Origin: Takakia lepidozioides
Taxonomy: Eukaryota > Plantae > Bryophyta
Direction: 5' to 3'
DNA length: 64,000 nt
NCBI GenBank assembly: GCA_030704615.1
Contig: CM060732.1
Span: 57,598,001 to 57,662,000 of the forward strand
Both the position numbers and the translations under genes were made by a program. Positions 13,484-24,157 of this stretch are shown in pieces. The notes below the pieces were generated by a model that had not been told where the DNA came from, made no database searches, and saw only the letters and a program-made list of their open reading frames with translations. The stretch's first letter is position 1, and every line of letters starts with the position of its first letter.

Positions 13484-13991
13484 TGATAAGAGATGAGAAA
13501 TGAGAGAAATAGAAGACAATGAAAGCTCTCAAAGCATGAAGCAATCACATGAAGAACAAGCCCTAGTCCTTCCAAGTGAAATCCGCTCTATCACATAAAC
13601 TAAGTCAAGCCAAGGGCACCTTTGCTAAAGGAATCCACCCTACAAAGCCCTCAACACACTCCCTCTCAATACCTAGAGCTATGGAGGTGAGAGAAGCTCA
13701 TGGAGGGTCAACTACAAGAAGATGAGCCTCCTCAACACTCACAAGGGGAAAACCTATCTCCATGTCTCAAGTGAGGCTCGACACCTCACTTGGCATGTGA
13801 GACCAAATGAAGTCCCAACACACAAAATATAAATATAAATATTTAAAATGTCCTAGTTAACTAGAAGTAGGTAATTCTAGATAACCATGACTAAAACCAT
13901 GAGAGCTGTCGTGCACCTAAGCATCGTGCCACAACATACATCGTTGTCCACCACACAATCTAAGCACACAATCCTAGAAAGCTATACCACA
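13484..13991 (-). repeat. Complete 3' LTR (segment A 13907-13991 + GC + segment B 13484-13904)
   Basis: On minus: PPT GGGGGGCG-AT-TGTGG ... TTATCA. Confidence 0.85.
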
Positions 13992-14257
13992 ATCGCCCCC
14001 CTAGCTGGTGGTTAGGTCCTTCTAACTCTAGATAGCTACAAGATGTAATAGCCACAGCCGTACTAAGTCCTCTATCGCTGTCTCTATTGTACTCAAACTC
14101 TATAGACCAAGAGGCCGGGTACAAGAGCAACCCCATCGTTAGTTGCCGTCTTGCAATCTGTGAACTTGAGTCAGGATCTCGTGTGTTGGTCTCCTAGTAG
14201 CTTGGCCTTGCATTTCTTGTTAGCCTTCCATGGTTGTATCCACTCCCACTATCCAAT

Positions 14258-14392
14258 GCAATGCGGACATAACCAATCCCCATCAAGAACCATCTCAAGA
14301 GGTGGAGTCAAGCATCCCATATGCCAACCTCTAGAGCATTGATCACACACCAGCATGGTGGCTGTCCCTCTAGCAGACCCACACAACATGCA
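14258..14392 (-). CDS. PHD finger at the integrase C-terminus
   Basis: CMLC-x11-CDQC-x4-H-x2-C-x14-CPHC, a C4HC3 pattern with the conserved W before the last pair. Confidence 0.9.
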
Positions 14393-14399
14393 CCTCAAA

Positions 14400-15541
14400 C
14401 TTGCAGGTACCACTGCCAGGTTTGGGTCAACCCTTCCATCAACATTTGGAAGGTGACATGGCGCGCAATTACGCACATGGTCCTTCCAAATCATGCCATT
14501 CCAACCCTCCAAGATCAGGACTCCTGAGGGCAACACCTCTCGAACCCTCAAAATAGTACGTCATGCAGTCACATCCAAGGTCGTAGGAGCAGTCTGCTGC
14601 AGATAAACATAGTCACCAAGGTTGAATCTTCGAACCCCAGGACGATAGCCCCCACCACGTATGGTAGCATACCTCAACGTATCACGATGTTGTGCAATGG
14701 CAAGGTTCTCGAAAGCCATGGGCATGACTTTCTTGAACAACTCTGCACGCTGCTCACATGCACGTGCCCACACGTCCGGATCGTCAAGGTTAAGAACTGT
14801 AGCAGCTTCTCTGCGAATGGATGTAGGCAAATCCGGCTCTCAGCCAAAGAGAAGAAAGTATGTTGAGAAGGAGGCAAGTGATGCTTGCTTGCTGAACCTG
14901 TAGCCCATAGCTAACCAGGGTAACTGAAGGTCCCAATCTCCTAGGTGTCCCTTCTACAAGCCATACTTGCGCAAACCCCTCTTTACTGTCTGAACAACTC
15001 TCTCTGCCAAGCCATCGGCCTCAGGATGATCCCAAGAAGTGGTGCGGTGGTCTATCAAGGCCTTGTCACACAAAGCCTGAAACTCCCCCAAGAACTCTCT
15101 CCCTTGGTCCGTGAGTACCTCAGCTGGAGCACCGAATCGGCTAAGCACACAATCCAAGAATGCATACGCAGTTCCCTCACTAGCCTTATCAGGCAATGGA
15201 ACCAATTCAATCCACTTGGAGAAGTGCTCCACCATCACCAACACGTACTTGTTGTGGCGCATGGTCAGTGGCAACGGCCCTGCGAAGTCAAGACTCCACC
15301 TGTACCCCAATCCCATGATCGAAAGAGGGTGCAATTGTGGAGTAGGGGCGTTGAATGAAGCACGCACCCTGTCACACACCATGCACCTAGCCACAAATTG
15401 TTGCACCTCTGTGTGCATACCACGCCACCAATACTGCCCCTGCAGTAGACTATGAGTGCGTCGCACCCCAAAATGCCCCAACTCCTCATGGGCATGCCGC
15501 ACTAACCGCGCCCGCTGTGTTGGGTGAGGCACAATCCTCAC
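14400..15541 (-). pseudogene. Gypsy integrase (H2C2 + DDE core + SH3-like tail), with in-frame stops
   Basis: HEELGH..CMVC, SLDFAGP, LTDQGREF, GLAERVVQ. Stops at ~14954, ~14840 and ~14561. Confidence 0.9.
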
Positions 15542-15580
15542 TCGACTATCCTCCTACACTCGGAGCAGGTGTGTCCCCTC

Positions 15581-17257
15581 CTACTTGAACCTCTTGGCTC
15601 GTTGTAGGATCCGATCCCTCTCCTTGGCAGTCACAGTGGCTGCAGTGTCTCCAGTGCGGAGGTAGTCCAACACAACTGAATCCTCATGTATATCTTTGGC
15701 GCCACCTTGCTCATTGCTGGCCTCAGGGTCCTCAGACACTTGATCTACAGTCATCCCTGTTGCAGGTCCAACCTGGCCTTCCGCTGCCAAGATACACAGA
15801 AATGCAGATGCATACCATCCGGGCACCATCTCCTCGTCCGTCTCACCATGCCACCGAGCTCCAGTGTCATCCTGCTGGCCCGTGCATGGATTGCGACTCA
15901 ACCCATCTGCATTGCGATTGACCAAACCCGGTCGATGCACCACCTGAAAGTCATACTCTTGAAGGATGAGTGCCCACCGTGCAAGCTTCCCCGTAAGCTT
16001 GTCTGACTCCATCAACCACTTGAGTGGTTGGTGATCCGTAACAAGGGTGAAGAGATTGCCGTATAGATAGCACCTGAAGTGTGCCACGGCCCACACTGCA
16101 GCTAAGCATTCTCCCTCATATGAGCTATACTTAGACTCTGCAACGTTGTTCGAGCGGCTAGCATAAGCCACTACGAACTTTCTTCCCTCATCGTCCACCT
16201 GTGTGAGCACCGCTCCAAGCCCCAGCATGCTCCAATCTGTATGCAGCTGAAAAGGACGCCCCCTGATAGGTCGTCTCAAGATGGGCGCCGAGGTCAACCT
16301 CGCCTTGAGCTCTTGAAAAGCTTGTTCTTGCTCATCTTCCCACTGCCACTCCTGGTCCACCTTGGTCAGCTTGGTTAGAGCCTTTGCAATGGCACTAAAT
16401 CCCTTAACAAACCGTCTATAATAGTTTGCTAACCCCATGAAAGCTCGAACTCGGCTCACATCCGTGGGGCGTGGAACCTGTGCAATGGACTCTACCTTAG
16501 TCTATTGTACCCCCAATCCTCCAGGATATATCATGTGACCCAGATACTCAATCTGGTTGTGGAAAAACTTGCACTTTCCCGGATGTAACTTCAATCCGTG
16601 CGCCCTCAAGCGCTCAAATACCCCCTGAAGGTGTCTCTCATGCTCTTCCACCGTAGCACTAAAGATGATGATGTCATCTATGTAGCACCGAGCAAACTTC
16701 ACCCCTGCTAGAATCCTGTCCATGACTCTCTGAAACTCTGCCGGAGCGTTCTTAAGCCCAAATGGTAAGAACCGCCACTGGTATAGGCAATCATTCCCGT
16801 GCTCATTGATCCCCCAGAATGCCGTCTTTTGCTTATCTGCCTCCTTGATCGGCAACTGGTGATATCCGGATCGTAAATCCAACGTGCTAAAGACCTTCGC
16901 ATGCCCAATGGCATCAAAGATCTCCTTTGGTGTTGGCATGGCATACCTATCGGACTTGGTCTGACGATTTACAGGCCGGTAATCACCGCACATACGTCTC
17001 TCCGTCCAATTGCCAAAGACATCCTTCTTGGCTGGCATCACTGTGGCTGAAGCATACTCTCCCCCAGATAGCTCCACCAAACCAGCCTCCCAAAGGTCCT
17101 GAGTTCTCATCTGAATCAAGGACCTCTCCATGTCACTGTATCTATAGGGTCTCCGAAAGATTGGCGTGTCAGTAGCCAATTCAATGCGAATCTCTTGACC
17201 CTTCAGTGCTCCTAAGTCCTTCAAATTGAAGGCAAAGCAGTTCCTGTAAGCCCTCAA
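15581..17257 (-). pseudogene. Gypsy reverse transcriptase and RNase H
   Basis: RMCGDYRPVN, LDLRSGYHQ, LPFGLKNAP, YIDD, LHTDWS, EGECLA, TDHQPL, NADGLSR. One stop at 16502. Confidence 0.95.
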
Positions 17258-17699
17258 GAACCGCCGTATACGTCGTCTCTCTCCTCCGGTGACTATAGGT
17301 CCAACATCAGGCTCTCAGTTGTCCTCCGTGACTGCAACCTTGAGTCCAGCAGGCTTAGAGGTAGAAGACGCATCTCGTGGTTGCTATGCTGCAACCTCTT
17401 GAGTAGTGACCACTGCCTCCTCTGTCAGTGACAATGTCTCATCCTGCCCCATCATCCCATCCTTGAGGACCTCCTCAATCCGAGAAAAATCCCCAACCTG
17501 ATCCATCACCGCCGCCTTGGCTGCCAACTCCTTCTGAACCTCGAGCACCTCCCACGTGTGTCATGGATGCGGCCTGCACCTCGTGGTCCTCACCTGCTCG
17601 CCCCCACTCGCTGCATGTACCGTCTCGGTAGGCAGGGAGACCATGAAGGGAAGTGTACTCCGTACTCTGCGCTGCTCAGCCATAGCCAAGCTGATAATC

Positions 17700-18615
17700 C
17701 AGGTCAAACAATTGAGATCCATTGCTTGCCCCAACACCTGACGACGTGATGCCTCAGAAAGAGATGGCACCATCGTGGTACCTGTGGTAAAACCCATCGC
17801 CCGCTCGCGCTCGTCAGCATTGGGCTCCACTAATTGTTGCAACTGGCTATCCCGCAAGAGGCCAGGTCCACCATCCCGAAAAGCATGGGATCCTGGGAAG
17901 CTGAGCAGTGTAGGTAATGCTGCTCGTGGTTGACCCACCCTGTTGACCACTGCTAAAGGCGAACGGTCATCGTGTCTCACACGTTGAGACTGCCTCCCTG
18001 TGTCCAAAATGCTATCCACTGTGAGGTGTGCTGGCCGTTGCACCCCATCAAATGCACGCTTGAGCAGTGCGGGTGGCATCAAGTTAGTCCACCATAGCCG
18101 TGGACGATGAGCCCATGACCCTACTGCAGCTACATCCAGCAACACTGCTGACCCAAGCCACGACCGGACTTGATGCACACTGGCCATCACCCTGGCCCGA
18201 GAATCACCCATCAGTTGCACATTCTCCAAGATGTATGCTGGAGATACAGCTTGATGAAGCTGCAAGTGGCGCAAAATCCGCACCATCTCCCAAAACAGAC
18301 CCGTCCTCGAGTCTCGCAATCCATTGTCATGCCCGGCTGATGAATGCCCTTGGCAGGGCCAACTTGCCACTACCAGATCAATAGCGCCCCCAGCAACGGA
18401 ATGTCTGCTGGCAAGGCTTGTTGGTATCCACGAACTGCAGACACTGGCAATAAATCAGGGTACTGTTGTACCAACTGAGCAACATGGCGCAGTGAGACGC
18501 GTCGTGCAGTCTCATCCCTCTCCACATACAGGTAACGTCAAACTCGTACACCCGCCTGCAGTACTGCAGCCAATCCAGTGCTGATCCCGCCAAACAAGTC
18601 CAGAAGACATATGCC
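17700..18615 (-). pseudogene. DNMT3-like C5 cytosine DNA methyltransferase domain inside pol
   Basis: Manual translation gives motif I LDLFGGIS (18586-18600), II YVERD, IV DLVVASWPCQG, V DSRTGLF, VI YILENV, VIII AHRPRLWWTN, IX ERERAMGF and X LGQAMD. One stop at ~18538 and one frameshift near 18385. Confidence 0.92.
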
Positions 18616-18663
18616 TTCATCCGGGCACTGCCACACAAGAGGTGTGGTGTCCAATGGCGACAA

Positions 18664-20631
18664 CTAAGGTGGTCCTAGTGCAATCACCGCACTCTCCTCT
18701 TCTCCTGACGGTACGAAGGCCTCTACCCAAGCTTGTTGTACCCGTCCATCAGCAGCCTGCTGCAAATCCTTGCTCGTACCCCATAATGGAGTGTGAGCAA
18801 CCATGGCAGGCAACTCCGCCGTACCATGTATGTCATCCTGCTCTGCTGGAGGTGGCACATCCTCTGCATGGGCATTGCCTTCCAGCAACTCTCCAGGCCA
18901 ACTAACTGCAGCTGTAAAGGCGGCTAGTGTTGGCATCTTGCCCCGCTGGGCAGCCGCAATACCCCCAATGAATGTCACAGGGAGCTGTGCACAACGACCA
19001 TCCCCTGACTGCCATCCAGGCCTGTAGGATGCTGACTCCTCCCAAAAGTCCAGGATGAAGCCCATGGGATATAACACTGCCCCACCAACAATGACATCGT
19101 AAGAGACCGCGTCTGTCACAATGGCCTTGGCTCGCATCACTGAGCCATCTACAGGATGATCTGGTTGTAGTCCAATGGCCAACTCACGCCGTGTCATGCC
19201 CCGGTTGGCCATGTCTTGGTCAACACCCTGACCTCCGCGTCTTTGGCCATGTTGAGCTTGCCCTTGGCCTGCACCTCGTGCCCGACCACCTCGTCCTCTC
19301 TGGGCTGGTCCACCTCGCCTCCGGCCACCATTGTTCCCTTGGAACTGGCCTGGGCGCAACTCAGGGTGCAAGTCATAACACTGGGCATCTCCATGCCCAT
19401 ACTTGCCACAATGCCCACACTGCAACTGTGCAGGCTGTGCTTGTGCCGGCCTTCTGCCATTCTCTGGGGAATCTCTCTTGACATGGGGTCCTCCACATGT
19501 CCAACATATCACCCTTGGTTGTTGTTGGCCTGCAAAAGATGCCACGGACCTCTGCACTTGAGAACCCCTGTAAGCTCCATGGAACTTGGGTTGGGCAACC
19601 TTGCCCCCCTGACCACGCTGTTGGGCACTCCCTTGTACCTGTTGGCTGGCAGCTGCACCTCGTGCAGGCATGTCCTTGCCAAATCCAATGGTAACAACTC
19701 GCTCCTCCACCATGTTGAGCTCAATCCGCTCAGCCAGCAGAAACACATCCGCTAATGTGGGTTGGGCTGCTTGTAACAGGGTTGCATCCCGCACCCTTCT
19801 CTTGAGCTCCTTGTCCAAAATTCCATACCAGAACTGGACTGCCTGAGCTTCAGTAACCCCTTGGGTCACACTTATCAAGCGCCTCATACGAGTGTAGGCC
19901 TCTCGCAAGCTCTCACTGGATTTGCGCTGGAAGTCTTGCAAACTTCGCAGCTTCTATGTCCGTACACCTTGGTAGTTCCTCCGCAACTCCTGGAAGAACT
20001 CCACCACCGGGTTGAATCTAGGCACATGTGTTGTAATTGTGGCAGGAGGAGTAGTAGCACCTTTTGAACTGGTACCACCTGCAGAAGTGCCGGCACTACT
20101 TGTTCCACTACTAGCGCTTGTAGTTTGAGATGTTTGTGTAGCTGCTGGTGTCACCGCTGCCCTTGTGCCTCTAGTGATTGAGACATAGTTAGGTGACCAA
20201 TACTCTCGCCACTCCTCAATCTCCACCGCATATCCCCGCCTAAATTCATGGTAATCATCCATGGGCGGCCCCTCAAGGTGCTGGAATAGCCCCTTCCACG
20301 CCATAAAGGGCGTAAACAGTTGTGGATTGCACATTTGCTGCAAATCACACCAACTGTCAAACTCTTGTATAAAGTCATCAAGCTCGATGGTGCCCACAGC
20401 TCCAGAGTACCTACGTGGCCCCTTGGTAGCTCCATACATCTCCTCCATCGTGTCCCACAACAATGGCACGGAAATGACTTGCACCTTTGGCGAGAATCCT
20501 CCTGACTCCGAGTCTGAACCTTCCTTAGAAGACACTGAAGGTGAAAGTGGCCTAAACCGCACACCTTGTCTTGTGTACCCACTAGTATCGCTGGTGCTTG
20601 TACCGGCACTCCCCTCAGCAGCTGGTGGCAC
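18664..20631 (-). pseudogene. Gypsy gag (two Zn knuckles) and partial aspartic protease
   Basis: QDFQRKSSESLREAY (gag homology), CWTCGGPH and CGHCGKYGHGDAQC. Protease C-half YDVIVG is present, but no D[ST]G motif is visible. Stop at 19954. Confidence 0.85.
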
Positions 20632-21448
20632 CTCTGTGATGAAAACTCACAACCCAACCGGTTGTCAACCTGTCTCTAATCCCCACTTTCTACAAGGTAA
20701 CCGGGTAAAGAACCTGTTGCGGCTACTGGTTCAAGCAGGAATAATAGGTTTCTAACGTAGACATGTACCTGCACCTGCATCCACCGCAAGCACTCATATG
20801 ATCTGCCGGTCATCAACCCAGCCTCACCATAGAAGAAACACTGGTGGTCTTGCTGGTCATCACTCCAGCCTCACCACCGACAGCATACTCTAGGATTGGC
20901 CGGTGATCAAATCTGGACCAACCTCCTATGAAAACAAGCGCCCACACAAAGCTAACATGGCGCACAGTCGAGCATGCAGGTGTGGAGGGGATCCAAACAC
21001 AAGAAAATCAAGACAGCAACTCCCCCACACCAAAAACACTCCACAGTGTCGCTCCTGCAAGGATACCCCAGCCCAAACCCGGACTGACTCTTGCCTCCAC
21101 CTACGGAAAGGTTTTGGCCTACAGAGAGGGTGAAAGACTATGGAGAAGAGAAACTAAAGCAATTCCTAACCCCAGAATGCTCTCATCCCACCACTCTCCC
21201 TTCTGTCTCTATCCATTCGCTTGTATGGCCGTGGCAAATATCCTTCAATATCCCTCAATCAATCCTTCAAGAGCTCTTCAACATTGTCCACCAAAGCTCC
21301 TCAAAGGGTCCTCCAAGGACCCCAAAGATCCTCCAAACACTCCTCCAAGGACCCCAAAGATCCTCCAAATACTCCTCCAAGGGCCCTCAAATATCTTCCA
21401 AACAATCCTCCAAAGGCCCTTAAATTTCACTAAGTCCTTTCACTGTTG

Positions 21449-21845
21449 ATACCTTAACAGAGGTATAGTCTGAGGTTGCTAGGGTCCCTTATGTTGATGA
21501 TACCTTTACAGAGGTATAGTCTGAAAATGAGGGTTCTGTTTGGTATACTAACAGAGGTATAGTCTGAGCTGATTAGGGTCCACATATGGTGATACCTCAA
21601 CAGAGGTATAGTAAAAGGGACAAGCTTCTGTTTGGTATACTAACAGAGGTATAGTCTGAGCTGATTAGGGTTCACATATGGTGATACCTCAATAGATGTA
21701 TAGTAAAATGGACAAGCTCATATTTGGTATACTAACAGAGGTATAGTCTCACATTAGGGTTCACATATGGTGATACCTCAACAGAGGTATAGTCAAAGGG
21801 ACAAGCTCCTGTTTGGTATACTAACAGAGGTATAGTCTGAGCATA
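21449..21845. repeat. Tandem array of 9 ACAGAGGTATAGT-core units (~45 bp, dimeric ~90-bp period) in the gypsy leader
   Basis: Cores near 21458, 21508, 21551, 21600, 21643, 21690, 21735, 21781 and 21824. Confidence 0.9.
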
Positions 21846-23138
21846 CACTACTAGGGTTTGTAATGAAGAGCTAGAATGCAAGTCCTTGACTTCTATGCTT
21901 CTACTCAAGCAAAAATATGGTCTCTAGGTGGTCATAAGAGGCATCTTCTTGCTCTCTTCCACCCCAATGGTTAACCAAGAGTGGTCCAACTCAACTTGCA
22001 AGTCATTGTCCACCAAATCAATCCCCCTTCTAGTCCTTGGGATTTGATTGCAAACTACCATATCTCCATTGCCGAGCAATCATGCATTTGTCTCCTCATC
22101 ACTTGACAATTGCTCCAAATCAACACAAATTATCTCAATGTGTAGGAGCAATGCTTGTCACTTACAATAATGCTCCCAAGCAATCCGCCGTGGATCCCAC
22201 TCTCACGCCATATGCCTCATTTGGGGTCTTGCACCAATCCATCATCCATGTGCTCCCCGTGGTCATTTGAATGCATGTTTCATGACCTCTTGGCCTATGT
22301 GTTGCTCTCCTTCATCATAACATGAATCAACACCTCTCCACTTCATACACAAATGGATCTCAAAGGCCTTCACCTCTTGCTAGTTCAAGAGCTCCCCTTC
22401 TCAAACTTGAACTTACAAACTCAAGCGAGCATGCTCCACACATGCACCACTTGCTTGGTCAACTATCCACCACAAAGCTCGCACTACCAAGAGCATGAAT
22501 AGCCAAGTATTGCCTCCCCCTCTTGTCACATTACATAGTTAGGGTGAAGCTATGCATACATTGAATGATGATTTCCCTTCAAGGATTTCCCACCACATGT
22601 TCTCCAAGCCCTTCCAATGGCACCCTAAGCTTGGCTCCACACCACCATGTTTGGAAGATTTCTTCGCATGCTCCCTTTCAAAACCTCTTGAGCTTCTTAG
22701 TGCTCTCCAAGTGCTTGCCCTTGTTGTCTTCAAGCCCAAGCATATATAGCTCCTTGGCTTCTCTTCCACACCATCCACACTTTGAACTTGCTTAACCCTA
22801 GCTTGATAGTGAAATGAGCACTAACAAGCCTTTAGTCACTCTCCACAAGCCATGGCGCACACCATCGACTCCATAATGCATACAAAGGATTCTCAAACCC
22901 TAGAATCCATGCTTCCACACACACAAGACTTCCTCCTTACAATCCTTGCAAAATCTTGTGACTCAAGAGCTTTCTTCTCAAGCTCTCCAACTCCTTGGTG
23001 CATGCAATACTCGAGCACCTTTCCTTGCAACCCCTTGCAAGCCTTCTGATACAAGAGCTAAATTCTCCTAGCTCTCAACCTCTTTAAAATACAAGTGCAA
23101 AACTAATCCTTACACTCCGCACTCACAAGCATAAGGTG

Positions 23139-23150
23139 ATCTTCTTGTAG
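23139..23150 (-). promoter_or_regulatory. Putative self-priming PBS (CTACAAGAAGAT)
   Basis: Abuts the 5' LTR end and lacks TGG. Perfect 12-nt complement of LTR positions 23379-23390. Confidence 0.7.
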
Positions 23151-23571
23151 TGATAAGAGATGAGAAATGAGAGAAGTAGAAGACAATGAAAGCTCTCAAA
23201 GCATGAAGCAATCACATGAATAACAAGCCCTAGTCCTTCCAAGTGAAATCCACTCTATCACATAAACTAAGTCAAGCCAAGGGCACCTTTGCTAAAGGAA
23301 TCCACCCTACAAAGCCCTCAACACACTCCCTCTCAATACCTAGAGCTATGGAGGTGAGCGAAGATCATGGAGGCTCAACTACAAGAAGATGAGCCTCCTC
23401 AACACTCACAAGGGGAAAACCTATCTCCATGTCTCAAGTGAGGCTCGACACCTCACTTGGCATGTGAGACCAAATGAAGTCCCAACACACAAAATATAAA
23501 TATAAATATCTAAAATGTCCTAGTTAACTAGAAGTAGGTAATTCTAGATAACCATGACTAAAACCATGACA
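23151..23571 (-). repeat. 5' LTR, segment B only (421 bp)
   Basis: ~98% identical to 13484-13904. Starts TGTCATGG on minus. Confidence 0.95.
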
Positions 23572-24157
23572 TACATGCTTGGATAATCTTCTGTTACGGT
23601 TTTTTGCAATTCACTGCCAGTATGCTGGGACGTGTCCTTTGCCGTATGGATTGTTGTGTGCACAAGGTGCAGTATGCAAATGCTGGAATGTGCAGTAGGA
23701 CCCTTCCCTCTTGGATACAGAACTTGCAATCTTGTAAAGGCATGACATTTGCAGAACACTGACAATGTATTGGTAGCAAATCGGAGTCTTCTCATAAAGG
23801 TGGACGAAAACGCCAGGATGGGCTGCGAAATCACCACAAATTGAATGAAGAGTAGTAACAAGGAAACACTATGCAGTATACAGACCAATAACGGCGCTGA
23901 AATAGGCCACAATGCCCGTGTATCTCCACACAATGTATGCTTTCCTCGGATCCATTAATAGACATAACCAAAATAAAAAAAAAACATGCCCATGCCATTC
24001 ACGGCCAAAAACCACATTCTCATGTATTGCGGCACCGAAATGCACCTGGAGCCATGGCGGTGCGGCACCACCAAGTGTATAATTCCTCACAAAAAAATAT
24101 GGTGCAAGAAGATTAATGTAATATAATTGTCACTTTCTCCTTCCCCAATGTGGAATG

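Larger units (their letters stand above)
13400..23571 (-). mobile_element. Ty3/gypsy LTR retrotransposon encoding a C5-DNA methyltransferase and PHD finger, with permuted LTRs
   Basis: TG...CA ends and a 4-bp TSD TACA (13396-13399 / 23572-23575). 421-bp direct repeats at 13484-13904 and 23151-23571 (~8 mismatches by eye). Order is gag-PR-DNMT-RT-RH-IN-PHD. PPT at 13994-14002. Confidence 0.95.

Noticed and set aside
21449-21845. CRISPR-like repeat-spacer pattern
   Set aside because: Spacers alternate between two related sequences (dimeric tandem repeat). There are no cas genes and the context is a eukaryotic retroelement leader.
13400-23571. Classification as a DIRS/Ngaro element because of split repeats and a methyltransferase
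   Set aside because: No tyrosine recombinase is visible. It has a DDE integrase, PPT, TG..CA ends and a TSD, and the MTase is C5-type rather than DAM-type.
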